Virus record (IMG/VR): IMGVR_UViG_3300037422_000337
Coordinates: 1-31,489 of that record
From: a virus
Lineage: Duplodnaviria > Caudoviricetes
Strand: one strand, 5' to 3'
DNA: 31,489 bases
Numbering within the stretch: the stretch's first letter is position 1; every line of letters begins with the position of its first letter. The position numbers and the translations under genes were made by a program. Of the stretch, positions 16,295 through 25,510 are shown in pieces. The notes under the pieces were generated by a model that was given only the letters and a program-made list of their open reading frames with translations, ran no database searches and was not told the DNA's origin.

Positions 16295-18320
16295 TAAACG
16301 TGGGGATAAATCAGTATATTTCGCAAACCGCGAACCAAATGAACTAGCAAGCGATCTTTTACATAGAGCCAAAAGTTTCTATAACATGCTCGGTAAAAAT
16401 GACTACCTACTAAAAGTTGCTGATAACTGGAGATTTTATTACGGTCTTTTCCAAGATAGCATGTATCTTGGTCATAAGGTTGGTTATACCGGCGAGCAAG
16501 GTGAACTTGTCACCCTTCCTGTCAATGAATTCCGAAATATCGCCCAACATATTTATGTAATGATTACGGCTAACCGACCCACAATGGAAGCTCGTGCCAT
16601 CAATACCGATGCCAAGTCCCTTTCCCAAGCATATCTAGCTAATGGTATTTTAGATTATTACATGCGCGAGCGCAATCTTGAAGACGCTCTAAAATCCTGT
16701 ACAGAAATGGCAGTTGTTCTCGGTTCGGGTTTCATTAAAATGGAATGGAACGCAATGGCGGGCGAGCCCTATGATTTTGACGAAGAAACAGGTGCTTATA
16801 ATTATCAAGGTGACGTAGAATTTACTAATCTTTCTCCATTTGATGTTGTATATGACGGAACTCGCGAACAGTACGATCCCGACTGGGTTTTAGTTCGTAG
16901 TTTTAAAAATCGTTATGATTTAATGGCTAAGTATCCGGAATTAGCTGAAAAAATCCACGGCGTTTCAACAAAAGATGATGGTAGACAATATAGACTTTCT
17001 GTATGGTCTAATGATGATACGGATGATATTGCTGTCTATGAATTTTTCCATAAAAGAACCGAAAGTGTTCCAGATGGTAAGTATTCTTTATTCGTAGCTG
17101 AAGATATTACTCTAATGACTATGCCTTTGCCTTATAGAGCTTTGCCGGTCTTTAGAATGACTCCTGGTAATATTATGGGTACTCCCTATGGTTATACTCC
17201 ACTTTTTGACATTTATCCTCTACAAGAGGCTTTAAATTCATTATTTAGTACTTTTATGACGAATTTGAATGCTTTCGGCGTTCAAAGTATTTTCGTGCCT
17301 CGTGGGTCTGATATTTCTATGGCTTCCCTTGAAGGCGGATTAAACGTTATTCAAGGAAATGAACCTCCGATTCCGATTCAGTTATCTTCTACTCCGCCTG
17401 AATTATTTGAAGCAATTAAACTTATTCGTGAAGAAATTGAAACGATTTCGGGTATTTCCAGCGTTACTCGCGGTCAGCCCGAAGCTTCTCTTAAGTCTGG
17501 TAATGCTCTAGCTCTTGTTCAATCAATGTCGTTGCAATTTATTTCTGGTCTTCAACAAAGTTATGTAAAACTTATTGAATCTGTTGGAACTCAACTTATT
17601 AATAATCTTAAAGATTTTGCTAAGGCGCCAAGAATTGCTGCAATTGTCGGTAAATATAATAAAACTCTTCTTAAGGAATTTTCTGGCGAAGATCTGACTG
17701 CAATTAATCGTGTTGTTGTAGATGTTGGTAATCCGTTGGCTAAAACGACTGCTGGTCGTGTTCAAATGGCTGAACAAATGCTTCAGATGAATCTATTGAA
17801 GACCCCACAAGAATATTTCCAAGTAATTAATACAGGAAAACTTGATTCCGCATTCGAAGGCGATCTTCATGAACTCTTTTTAATTAAACAAGAAAACGAA
17901 AAGATGATGGAAGGACATTCCCCGCTTGTTTCGCCTATTGATCAACATCGAGTTCATATTAATGAACATCGTGGTGTTTTGGCTGATTCCGATATTCGAG
18001 AAAATCCTGAACTTGTTCGTGTAGTTATGGATCATATTGCAAAACATATGGATGCTCTTAGAAATACAGATCCTGAACTCTTGCAATTAGTTGGCGAGCA
18101 ACCTTTAAATCCGATTCCGCAACCATTAGGAACAACTAATCCTGCGATTCCGCCCGGAGGACCACAAGGTTCTTACTCTGCTTCTGAAACTATGCAACAA
18201 CAGCCAGGTTTACCGCAACCAGGCGAAAAATTAAATACTGGCGAAAGTGTAGCAACACCGGCAAGTCCGCCGTCTCCTTTTGAAACACTCCCAACAGATC
18301 CGAGAAATTTTAATCAATAA
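16284..18320 (+). CDS. Portal protein (podovirus/P22-like)
   Basis: 678 aa after terL; SPFDV, YGYTP and ISGISSVTRG motifs; Pro/Gln-rich tail. Confidence 0.88.
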   Translation: MADNKRGDKSVYFANREPNELASDLLHRAKSFYNMLGKNDYLLKVADNWRFYYGLFQDSMYLGHKVGYTGEQGELVTLPVNEFRNIAQHIYVMITANRPTMEARAINTDAKSLSQAYLANGILDYYMRERNLEDALKSCTEMAVVLGSGFIKMEWNAMAGEPYDFDEETGAYNYQGDVEFTNLSPFDVVYDGTREQYDPDWVLVRSFKNRYDLMAKYPELAEKIHGVSTKDDGRQYRLSVWSNDDTDDIAVYEFFHKRTESVPDGKYSLFVAEDITLMTMPLPYRALPVFRMTPGNIMGTPYGYTPLFDIYPLQEALNSLFSTFMTNLNAFGVQSIFVPRGSDISMASLEGGLNVIQGNEPPIPIQLSSTPPELFEAIKLIREEIETISGISSVTRGQPEASLKSGNALALVQSMSLQFISGLQQSYVKLIESVGTQLINNLKDFAKAPRIAAIVGKYNKTLLKEFSGEDLTAINRVVVDVGNPLAKTTAGRVQMAEQMLQMNLLKTPQEYFQVINTGKLDSAFEGDLHELFLIKQENEKMMEGHSPLVSPIDQHRVHINEHRGVLADSDIRENPELVRVVMDHIAKHMDALRNTDPELLQLVGEQPLNPIPQPLGTTNPAIPPGGPQGSYSASETMQQQPGLPQPGEKLNTGESVATPASPPSPFETLPTDPRNFNQ

Positions 18321-18326
18321 GATTTT

Positions 18327-18560
18327 ATGAGCACTTGGTCAGATAAAAATTCAAAAAACTCGTCTGATGTATGGTTTATTGCATTTTTAATGAATAAAAA
18401 CTGCCCCATCATCAAATATGATGTTATGGATCGGGGTCGTGTGCGGTGTCATTTTTCTCTCGACGATAAAGAATGGCAAGATTATAAGTTAGAATTTAAT
18501 AATAGTGAAATTATTAAATATAAAGGATTGATTGAAAGAATTAAAGATCTCGCTTTCTAA
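18327..18560 (+). CDS. Small protein, DUF5659-like
   Basis: SSDVWFIAFL...GRVRCHF pattern recalled from that family. Confidence 0.5.
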   Translation: MSTWSDKNSKNSSDVWFIAFLMNKNCPIIKYDVMDRGRVRCHFSLDDKEWQDYKLEFNNSEIIKYKGLIERIKDLAF

Positions 18561-18591
18561 ATAAGTAGTTAGATTTAGTTAAAGGTTAAGA

Positions 18592-19218
18592 ATGGCCCCT
18601 CAAATATACCCGGTTACGTTACTGGATTCAAATCAGGTCATACAATATGTGTATGATGAAGCAACCCAGTCTCTCCGCACAACCGCCACTGCTACAATTG
18701 TTGGTGGCGATATAACGGTTGATATTGATGGTATATACGCTTTCCTTGGTAATCCCGATCCTGATAATATAGGATTAATCGGCCATATCCGTGCCGTAAG
18801 TCCTGGAGATTCTGATCAAACCAATCGCATTACTTCTATTACTAATGGAACAATTCACGCATTAGATGTGGCCATCCATAATTCAGATGGAACACCTATA
18901 GATAATAGTAATCCGATGGTTGTGGATTCCGGAACAACTGCCACAACTCCGATTACTTATAACGTTTTGGCCCCAGTTGCAGGAACTGAATATTCTCAGG
19001 TTATTCCGGTTGGAACCAAACGTTTTATGGCGAAAGTTCGTTCTGGAGATGCTAAAACTCAGTTTGCGTATGTTTCTGGCCAAAGCGGAACTAATTATAC
19101 AACAATTCGTGCTGGGGTTTTTTACGAAGAGATTAATTTGAACTTAACTGCGCCAATTACGTTCTATTTTCAAACCAATCTGGCAGGACAGGTTTTAGAA
19201 ATGTTAGTCTGGACTTAG
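18592..19218 (+). CDS. Putative virion structural protein (208 aa)
   Basis: T/G/V-rich, beta-strand-type composition; lies within the head module. Confidence 0.6.
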   Translation: MAPQIYPVTLLDSNQVIQYVYDEATQSLRTTATATIVGGDITVDIDGIYAFLGNPDPDNIGLIGHIRAVSPGDSDQTNRITSITNGTIHALDVAIHNSDGTPIDNSNPMVVDSGTTATTPITYNVLAPVAGTEYSQVIPVGTKRFMAKVRSGDAKTQFAYVSGQSGTNYTTIRAGVFYEEINLNLTAPITFYFQTNLAGQVLEMLVWT

Positions 19219-19219
19219 T

Positions 19220-19229
19220 TAACAACTAA
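19220..19229 (+). promoter_or_regulatory. TAACAACTNA motif (putative late promoter)
   Basis: TAACAACTAA, immediately after the upstream stop. Confidence 0.6.
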
Positions 19230-19298
19230 TACATAAAGATTTAAATGTGTTAATAGTTAATATTTGTACAAATAACTCATAACTATTAAAGAAATTTT

Positions 19299-20339
19299 AT
19301 GTTAGGAAAAGATAAATTAGTCTTTGATACGACAGCATCGCCGTTATCTGAAAATGATAACATTGGCGCGTATCTTAGATCTTCTACCGGAACTCTGATC
19401 ACAGATACCGGCGGATCATTAAATGTTAACGTAACTAACTCGGTTACTGTAACTGCGACAGATTTAGATATTCGCGATTTAAGTTCGGCGACTGATTCTG
19501 TGACGGCTATTCAAGGAACTTCTCCTTGGGTAATCGGCGACGGTGGCGGTTCAATCACGGTTGATGGAACTGTAACGGCCGATGTTGCTTTTGATTATGC
19601 AGAAGATTCTGCCCATGCAAGCGGTGATATTGGGGCTTTCGTATTAGGTATTCGACAAGATGCCGATACCTCACCTGTTTCTGCTGATGGTGATTATCAT
19701 CCGTTTGTTTTTAATGACACGGGTCGTTTAAAAGTCGAAGCGAATTTTGATACGGCTTTTGATTTCGTTTATGACGAAGATTCTGCACATGCAAGCGGTA
19801 ATCCCGGTGCCTATGTATTAGCAGTTAGACAAGATACTCTTGCTTCAAGCACTTCTGCCGATGGAGATTATGCTTCATTTAAAGTGAACGCTGCTGGTGA
19901 ATTATACACTACTTCAAGTATTTCCGGTAACGTTGCTGATGACGCTGCCGATTCTGGTAATCCAGTTAAAGTCGGTTCTCGTGCTGAAACCGGTGCTCTT
20001 ACGGCTGTTTCTGATGGCGACCGAGCAGATCTATTATCAGATGATTTCCGACGTATCTATGTAAATAGCGGACCGAATATCGCGGTCGAGGAAACTGCTG
20101 TATCTGTAACAACTACAGCAACTGCTCTTCCTGCAACTAATTTGGTCGGGCGTCGATATATTATCATTCAAAACTTAGGCGGCGCGCAAATGTTCTTAGG
20201 TGGTTCTGGTGTTACGACTGCTAACGGTATTCGTATCGCAGCAGGAGCTTCTTGGGAAGGCGAAGTCGGTGATGATGTTAACCTATTTGCCATCAAAGCT
20301 TCTGGAACTTCCGATGTTCGTGTTCTAGAATTAGCGTAA
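19299..20339 (+). CDS. Acidic repeat-containing putative virion/fibre protein (346 aa)
   Basis: Two 59-aa-spaced EDSAHASG...RQD...SADGDY repeats plus a degenerate third. Confidence 0.7.
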   Translation: MLGKDKLVFDTTASPLSENDNIGAYLRSSTGTLITDTGGSLNVNVTNSVTVTATDLDIRDLSSATDSVTAIQGTSPWVIGDGGGSITVDGTVTADVAFDYAEDSAHASGDIGAFVLGIRQDADTSPVSADGDYHPFVFNDTGRLKVEANFDTAFDFVYDEDSAHASGNPGAYVLAVRQDTLASSTSADGDYASFKVNAAGELYTTSSISGNVADDAADSGNPVKVGSRAETGALTAVSDGDRADLLSDDFRRIYVNSGPNIAVEETAVSVTTTATALPATNLVGRRYIIIQNLGGAQMFLGGSGVTTANGIRIAAGASWEGEVGDDVNLFAIKASGTSDVRVLELA

Positions 20340-20348
20340 TAAAAATAT

Positions 20349-20380
20349 AAGGGGCGGGGAAGAAAATTCTCCGCCTTTTT
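20349..20380 (+). terminator. Intrinsic terminator
   Basis: GGCGGGGAA/TTCTCCGCC stem followed by a T run. Confidence 0.8.
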
Positions 20381-20399
20381 AAATAGTTAAGGAGTTAAA

Positions 20400-20636
20400 A
20401 TGAAAAAGTGGTCCCAACAAGATCTAAACCAAATCCAAAATATTCTAATTGCTTTAAGAAAAGCCAAATACGAAGTGCAAGGGGACGAAATTCTTGCTTT
20501 TGGTCAAGCCGTTCATTGGATTAGTTCACTTCATAGTGAAGTTAAAAATTCTCTCCAAACTCTGCCTTCAAAAGTTGAAATGGTGGCCAAAGCTACTGAA
20601 GCTAAACCACAAGAAAAAAAGCCTAAAAAGAAGTAA
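20400..20636 (+). CDS. Hypothetical protein (78 aa)
   Basis: AAGGAG SD; Lys-rich tail. Confidence 0.75.
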   Translation: MKKWSQQDLNQIQNILIALRKAKYEVQGDEILAFGQAVHWISSLHSEVKNSLQTLPSKVEMVAKATEAKPQEKKPKKK

Positions 20637-20638
20637 TC

Positions 20639-21688
20639 ATGGGTCTTTCCGATCAAACACCAGTACTTCAAGGCGGAACAGATAATACCGATATAGGTAA
20701 TATTCTAGATACGCTTAAGATTTCTGTGCATGATGCGGCAGGAACTGCAATAACTTCTACTCTTAATTCCGGAAAACAATCCTTAGATACTAATATTACT
20801 GGTGGAACTTTAACGACAACAATCACTTCCCAAGGTTCTGTTACTGGCGGAACCGCCGGAACAACTTCAATGTTGGCCGGAGGGCAATATAATAGTACAC
20901 TTCCAACATTAACTACTACACAACAAGTTGCGCTTCAAGTAGATTCTAATGGTAGGCTAATTACAGCTAATGCTCCGTTACCAAGCACAAATGCTAAGTT
21001 TTCGTTTGGCGATGTTGCAACTTCTGCTACAACGGCAAATGTCGCAGTTCGTCGAACAACTTATACAGAACAAACATCAAATGCTCAACGTTCAATAGCA
21101 TCGGCCAGCGCTAATGATACTTCCGCCGGAACTGGAGCAAGAACTGTAATTATTACGTATCTAGATTCTACTGGAGCAGGGCCATACACAGAAACCGTAA
21201 CTTTAAATGGAACTTCATATGTTAATACCGTTGCTACTAATATTTGTTTTATTGAACATATTAAAGTTGCGACAGTTGGTTCAACCGGTTCTAATGTCGG
21301 TATTTTAACTCTTAAAGCAGCAACTGCTGGCGGTGGTGCCACAATAGGAACAATTAATGCTGCCGATAATCAAACTTTTTGGGCACATCATTATACGCCA
21401 TTAGGTAAAACAACTTATATATCTGGATTTTCGGTGAATAGTAGTTCGACGGTTACAGGCGCTGGTGCCGTGTTTATTTTACGCGCACAAAACCTAACCT
21501 CTTCAAATAGTCCCAATATTCAAGTCAGCGATTTTAATCGTTTATATGGACAAGCTTCGTCCACTAATACTAGGACATATTTATCACCAATACAAATACC
21601 GGGCCCGGCGAGAATAACTGCACACACAACGCCGGAATCTTCAACCTCTATTACTCAACGAGCCTCTTTTGATTATATAGATAATTAG
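20639..21688 (+). CDS. Thr/Gly/Ser-rich putative virion protein (349 aa)
   Basis: SASANDTSAGTGARTV...ETVTLNGT segment typical of phage beta-rich structural proteins. Confidence 0.7.
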   Translation: MGLSDQTPVLQGGTDNTDIGNILDTLKISVHDAAGTAITSTLNSGKQSLDTNITGGTLTTTITSQGSVTGGTAGTTSMLAGGQYNSTLPTLTTTQQVALQVDSNGRLITANAPLPSTNAKFSFGDVATSATTANVAVRRTTYTEQTSNAQRSIASASANDTSAGTGARTVIITYLDSTGAGPYTETVTLNGTSYVNTVATNICFIEHIKVATVGSTGSNVGILTLKAATAGGGATIGTINAADNQTFWAHHYTPLGKTTYISGFSVNSSSTVTGAGAVFILRAQNLTSSNSPNIQVSDFNRLYGQASSTNTRTYLSPIQIPGPARITAHTTPESSTSITQRASFDYIDN

Positions 21689-21696
21689 GATTTTAT

Positions 21697-22344
21697 ATGC
21701 AAGTTTCTTGGTCGGAATTTAAAAAAGTTTTAGATGGAACAAAATGCTCTTTTATTTGTGTTAAAGATCATGCTGAAGTTAATTACTTTTTATCAATGGG
21801 TAAATTAGAATGTAGCTTGCCTATCGGAGTGTCTAATATAGACACTGAACAATTTGAAACTTATTATTTAATAAAAGCGAATAAACAAACGCATGATGAT
21901 AATGGTAGCATGATTTATGCGCCGACGCTTCAATATGATTTAGATTTAACGGCAATTTGGAAAGGATATACCTATTCGGCTTCAGCCAATGCACAAAGTT
22001 TTTTTGATGAAAGAGTTACTACAGAAATTAAAATGCGCGGTGGATGGTATGAGGTTTTAACAGATCAAGCTTCTTTAGGTGATTATATTGAATTTTCGAT
22101 TATAGATAAAGACGATGTTCTTGGTTATTTTCAATATTTTGGATTAACCGTCGGAGTTGATATTCTAGAGTTAAAAAAGTTTGTGCGAACAAATTACATT
22201 AAACCTGGTTCAGCCTCAAAACGGGAATATGCGGCAGCATCGGCTTCGGATGTTGTTGAAGGTCTTTATTTCCGAACAACTTATTATAATGCGGGAAATA
22301 ATGCGGTTCCTTTTTCAATCGTAGTTCATTATTTAGAAGGTTAA
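21697..22344 (+). CDS. Hypothetical protein (215 aa)
   Basis: AGGA SD; ORF track. Confidence 0.75.
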   Translation: MQVSWSEFKKVLDGTKCSFICVKDHAEVNYFLSMGKLECSLPIGVSNIDTEQFETYYLIKANKQTHDDNGSMIYAPTLQYDLDLTAIWKGYTYSASANAQSFFDERVTTEIKMRGGWYEVLTDQASLGDYIEFSIIDKDDVLGYFQYFGLTVGVDILELKKFVRTNYIKPGSASKREYAAASASDVVEGLYFRTTYYNAGNNAVPFSIVVHYLEG

Positions 22345-22345
22345 T

Positions 22346-22489
22346 ATGAAAATAATTGTAAACGGCGTGGAACAAGAAATACCGTGTAAAAAAGAAAAAC
22401 TTGATAGGCATTTTACACCCGCCGAAATTAAAAAAATGGTTCAAGATAAGCAAAAAGAAGTTAAAGAGAAGGCGGAAAATGTCGAATAA
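22346..22489 (+). CDS. Small protein (47 aa)
   Basis: MKIIVNGVEQEIPCKKEKLDRHFTPAEIKKMVQDKQKEVKEKAENVE; bridges its neighbours; not in the ORF track. Confidence 0.6.
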   Translation: MKIIVNGVEQEIPCKKEKLDRHFTPAEIKKMVQDKQKEVKEKAENVE

Positions 22490-23300
22490 TCAAAAAGTAG
22501 TTTTAGTCTTATCGGGCGGCGGAGCAAAAGGTTCTATGCAGGTTGGAATTTTTAAAGCTCTTTATGAACAAGGCTTGCGACCCGATGCGGTTTATGGAAC
22601 TTCGGTTGGTAATTTAAATGCATGTGGTTATTCTTATCTTGGATTAGACGGACTTTTAGAATTTTGGGCTAAGATAAAAAAGAATTCAGATGTTTTTAAA
22701 CTGAATTGGTCTGCTTTTATTTTGCGGGCCGGGGGATTATTTCACGCTAAACCGCTTAGAAAATTAATTGAAGAATGTGTAAAAGATAAACAACCTCAAA
22801 TTCCTTGTTATTCTTGTGCCGTCGATTTGATGACCGGAGAAATAAAATATGGGAAAGCGGGCGAACCTGATTACGTTGATTATGTCGTTGCTTCTGCTTC
22901 AATTCCCGGTCTTTGCGAACCAGTTGGTAATCTTGTAGACGGCGGAGTTCGAGAACAATCGCCTTTAAAAAAAGCAATACAAGAAGGCGCCGATAAAATC
23001 GTTGTTATTTTATGCAGTCCTTGGCAAGAAAATCCAGATCCCAAACCACTTGGTAATTGGATTACCAATATTCTAAGAACAACTGATGTAATGGCGCATG
23101 AAATCTTTTTAAACGATATTAAAGAATGTGCGTGGTACAACGAGCATTTACCCGAAGGCAAAAGAGTTGTTCAATTGGAAGTTTATGCACCTGAAAGACT
23201 TGTAATTGAAACACAAGATTTTAATCAAGCAAAAATCCAACCAGCAATTCAATATGGTTACGAACAAGGTAAAAAAGGACCGGTCTTTAAAAATGGCTAA
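22479..23300 (+). CDS. Patatin-like phospholipase
   Basis: LSGGGAKG oxyanion loop, GTSVG nucleophile, ASASIP and DGG; start moved to the ATG at 22479. Confidence 0.92.
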   Translation: MSNNQKVVLVLSGGGAKGSMQVGIFKALYEQGLRPDAVYGTSVGNLNACGYSYLGLDGLLEFWAKIKKNSDVFKLNWSAFILRAGGLFHAKPLRKLIEECVKDKQPQIPCYSCAVDLMTGEIKYGKAGEPDYVDYVVASASIPGLCEPVGNLVDGGVREQSPLKKAIQEGADKIVVILCSPWQENPDPKPLGNWITNILRTTDVMAHEIFLNDIKECAWYNEHLPEGKRVVQLEVYAPERLVIETQDFNQAKIQPAIQYGYEQGKKGPVFKNG

Positions 23301-23493
23301 AGCTAGGTTTACAACTCGAACCAACGACATTATTAAGGCTAAGTACGTTGAAAAAAAGACTTTTAAAAGGTGTTTATTTGTCTTGAGTTGCATCTCTTTG
23401 CTTTTAGGTATAGCAACCTATAGATTATATGTTTTGGGTGAGTTTAAAGGAATAACAACTTATTATACCCTATTAATTGAAAAGTTACTATGA
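23293..23493 (+). CDS. Small single-TM membrane protein (66 aa)
   Basis: MAKARF...CLFVLSCISLLLGIATY; overlaps both neighbours. Confidence 0.6.
   Translation: MAKARFTTRTNDIIKAKYVEKKTFKRCLFVLSCISLLLGIATYRLYVLGEFKGITTYYTLLIEKLL
23453..23462 (+). promoter_or_regulatory. TAACAACTNA motif (putative late promoter)
   Basis: TAACAACTTATTATA, ~30 nt upstream of the protease start; the same 15-mer recurs at 25382. Confidence 0.6.
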
Positions 23494-24296
23494 AAAATAT
23501 TAAGAAAAAAGTGGCCCATTTAAAAGCTTATTATTCTGCCCACAAAGATAAAATCAAAGGATATCTAAAAAGCGCCGCTAAACCTGTTTTAATTTGTGTA
23601 TTGGTTGCGACCATTGCGCTAAAAGGCCCAGAAACCCATTATAATTATATACGAAATAAAGTTCAAAAAACAACGGTATTAGTTACTAATCAAGCTAGAA
23701 CTAGTGGCGGCAGCGGTTCTCATGTTATTGCGCCAAGTGGTCAAGTTTATATTCTTACTAATGCACATGTTTGTTCAGTCGGTAAAGAAGACGGTATTGT
23801 ATACATTACTGATAATTTTGGTCGCACGATTCCTCGACGAATTTTAGAAGTTAGTGATTTTACAGATCTTTGTTTAGTTGAACCACTTCCAAATTATCAC
23901 GGAGCTTTAAAACTTGGTAGTAATGTTAGACCGGGTCAAATTGTGGCTTCAGTTGGTCATCCATCTTTAATGCCTACGACTATGAGTCGAGGTGAAATTA
24001 TTGGCGAAGCAGAAGTTGATGTTTTAGATCATGTAATGAATCCGCTTGATGAAGAAGATACGTGTAATTTACCAAAAAATCGAATTATTAAAGGTGGTTT
24101 TTTTGGTCTTGTATCATATTGCGTAATCCATGTCAAAGCAAATTTAACTAATGTAATTATTCTTCCGGGGAATTCAGGTTCGCCGCAAGTTGATTTTTGG
24201 GGAAATTTGAATGGTGTATTTTTTGCGGGTAATCGCGCTAATTGGGGATTATCAATTACATTATCGGACGTAAAAGCCTTTTTACAACCATATTAA
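23490..24296 (+). CDS. Trypsin-like serine protease with N-terminal membrane anchor
   Basis: Catalytic triad motifs TNAHVC, TDL and PGNSGSP; hydrophobic segment VLICVLVATIAL. Confidence 0.9.
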   Translation: MKNIKKKVAHLKAYYSAHKDKIKGYLKSAAKPVLICVLVATIALKGPETHYNYIRNKVQKTTVLVTNQARTSGGSGSHVIAPSGQVYILTNAHVCSVGKEDGIVYITDNFGRTIPRRILEVSDFTDLCLVEPLPNYHGALKLGSNVRPGQIVASVGHPSLMPTTMSRGEIIGEAEVDVLDHVMNPLDEEDTCNLPKNRIIKGGFFGLVSYCVIHVKANLTNVIILPGNSGSPQVDFWGNLNGVFFAGNRANWGLSITLSDVKAFLQPY

Positions 24297-24311
24297 TATT
24301 TTATTAACCCG

Positions 24312-24384
24312 TTCTATCCTTAACAGGACGAACTACTTTGGGCCATCCAACTCTTCGGAATTACCGAATAGTTCGACGCTAGAA
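24312..24384 (+). ncRNA. Candidate five-stem cis-regulatory RNA upstream of the scaffold RBS
   Basis: Nested stems TTCTA/TAGAA, TCCT/AGGA, CGAACTA/TAGTTCG, TTGG/CCAA and TTCGG/CCGAA. Confidence 0.55.
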
Positions 24385-24393
24385 AAGGAACAA

Positions 24394-25377
24394 ATGTCAG
24401 AAAACACACAAACCTCCGCTCCTGCGGCATCTGAAGCCGTGTCAGAATCACAAGCATCTGAAGTTATTGAACAGTCTAACGAAGGTGCAGTTGAAAATCA
24501 AGAACAATCTGCTGGTGGAGATAAAACCCCCGCCGAAGCTAAAAAAGAAGAAGCTAAAATTGCTAAGAAAATTAAGCAATTAAAGTTAAAAATTGACGGT
24601 AAAGAATCCGTTGAAGACCTTCCTTTTGAAGTAGATGAAGGATCTGAAGCTGCTGAATATATGACTAAACAGCTTCAATTAGCTAAAGCCGCTCAAAAAC
24701 GTATGGGCGAAGCTTCTGAGTATAAAAAGAAACTCGACCAAGTGGGTGAATATCTTCAACAAGCTAAAGGTAATCCAAAAAAGATTCGCGAATTAATGCG
24801 AGATCTTGAAATTGATGAAAGACAATTAGCTGCTTTAATTGTCGAGGAAGAACTTGAAAAAGCTAAGAAATCTCCGGAACAATTGGAAAAAGAAGCCCTT
24901 CAAGCTGAACTTCAGAAAATTAAAGAAGAACGCGATAACGAAAAAAAGGCATTGGAAAAACGTGAATATGATCGTTTAGTTGAACAAGAAACTCAGCGGT
25001 ATTCTCTTATGATTGACGGGGCTTTACAAAATGCCGGGCTTCCAAATAATCAAGTTTATCGGGAACGGGTTGCGAAATATCTTTCCAAAGCTATTGATAA
25101 AGGAATGGAAGTTTCAGCAGAGGATGTTCTTCCTATGGTTAAAGAAGAAATTGCTGCCGAAATTCAATCTCTTTTTGCGTCAAGCCCAGAAGATTATGTA
25201 GAACAACTTCTTGGTAAAGATACCTTAAAACGTCTTCGTAAGCGTAATCTTGAAAAAGCCAAGGCAGGAGAACCACCTGTTCCTTTAAAACAACAATTAC
25301 AGGATACGGGTTCTGAGAAGTCTAAACCTAAAGAAGAACCAAAAGTTAGTTTTAAGGATTATTTTAGAAAACTTTAA
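24394..25377 (+). CDS. Capsid scaffolding protein
   Basis: Acidic low-complexity N-terminus, LKLKIDGKE motif, coiled coil; upstream of the capsid genes. Confidence 0.75.
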   Translation: MSENTQTSAPAASEAVSESQASEVIEQSNEGAVENQEQSAGGDKTPAEAKKEEAKIAKKIKQLKLKIDGKESVEDLPFEVDEGSEAAEYMTKQLQLAKAAQKRMGEASEYKKKLDQVGEYLQQAKGNPKKIRELMRDLEIDERQLAALIVEEELEKAKKSPEQLEKEALQAELQKIKEERDNEKKALEKREYDRLVEQETQRYSLMIDGALQNAGLPNNQVYRERVAKYLSKAIDKGMEVSAEDVLPMVKEEIAAEIQSLFASSPEDYVEQLLGKDTLKRLRKRNLEKAKAGEPPVPLKQQLQDTGSEKSKPKEEPKVSFKDYFRKL

Positions 25378-25381
25378 AAAT

Positions 25382-25391
25382 TAACAACTTA
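25382..25391 (+). promoter_or_regulatory. TAACAACTNA motif (putative late promoter for the capsid operon)
   Basis: TAACAACTTATTATA, just after the scaffold stop. Confidence 0.65.
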
Positions 25392-25510
25392 TTATATAAA
25401 GTTTTTTCACAGGCGTCTAGCCGACTGTGTATAACTAGGAAAACTAGGTACACATATCTAATAGCAAGTCTGAATAGTAACAAACAATAACAATTAAAAA
25501 AGGATCTATT

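Noticed and set aside
14834-18320. Intron or intein in terL or portal
   Set aside because: Both ORFs are continuous, of normal size, and show no splicing motifs.
20107-20116. TAACAACT inside the 19299 gene
   Set aside because: Lacks the conserved A at position 10 and is explained by Val-Thr-Thr codons.
22401-22478. TTG-started extension of the patatin gene
   Set aside because: It overlaps the better-supported 47-aa ORF at 22346-22489.
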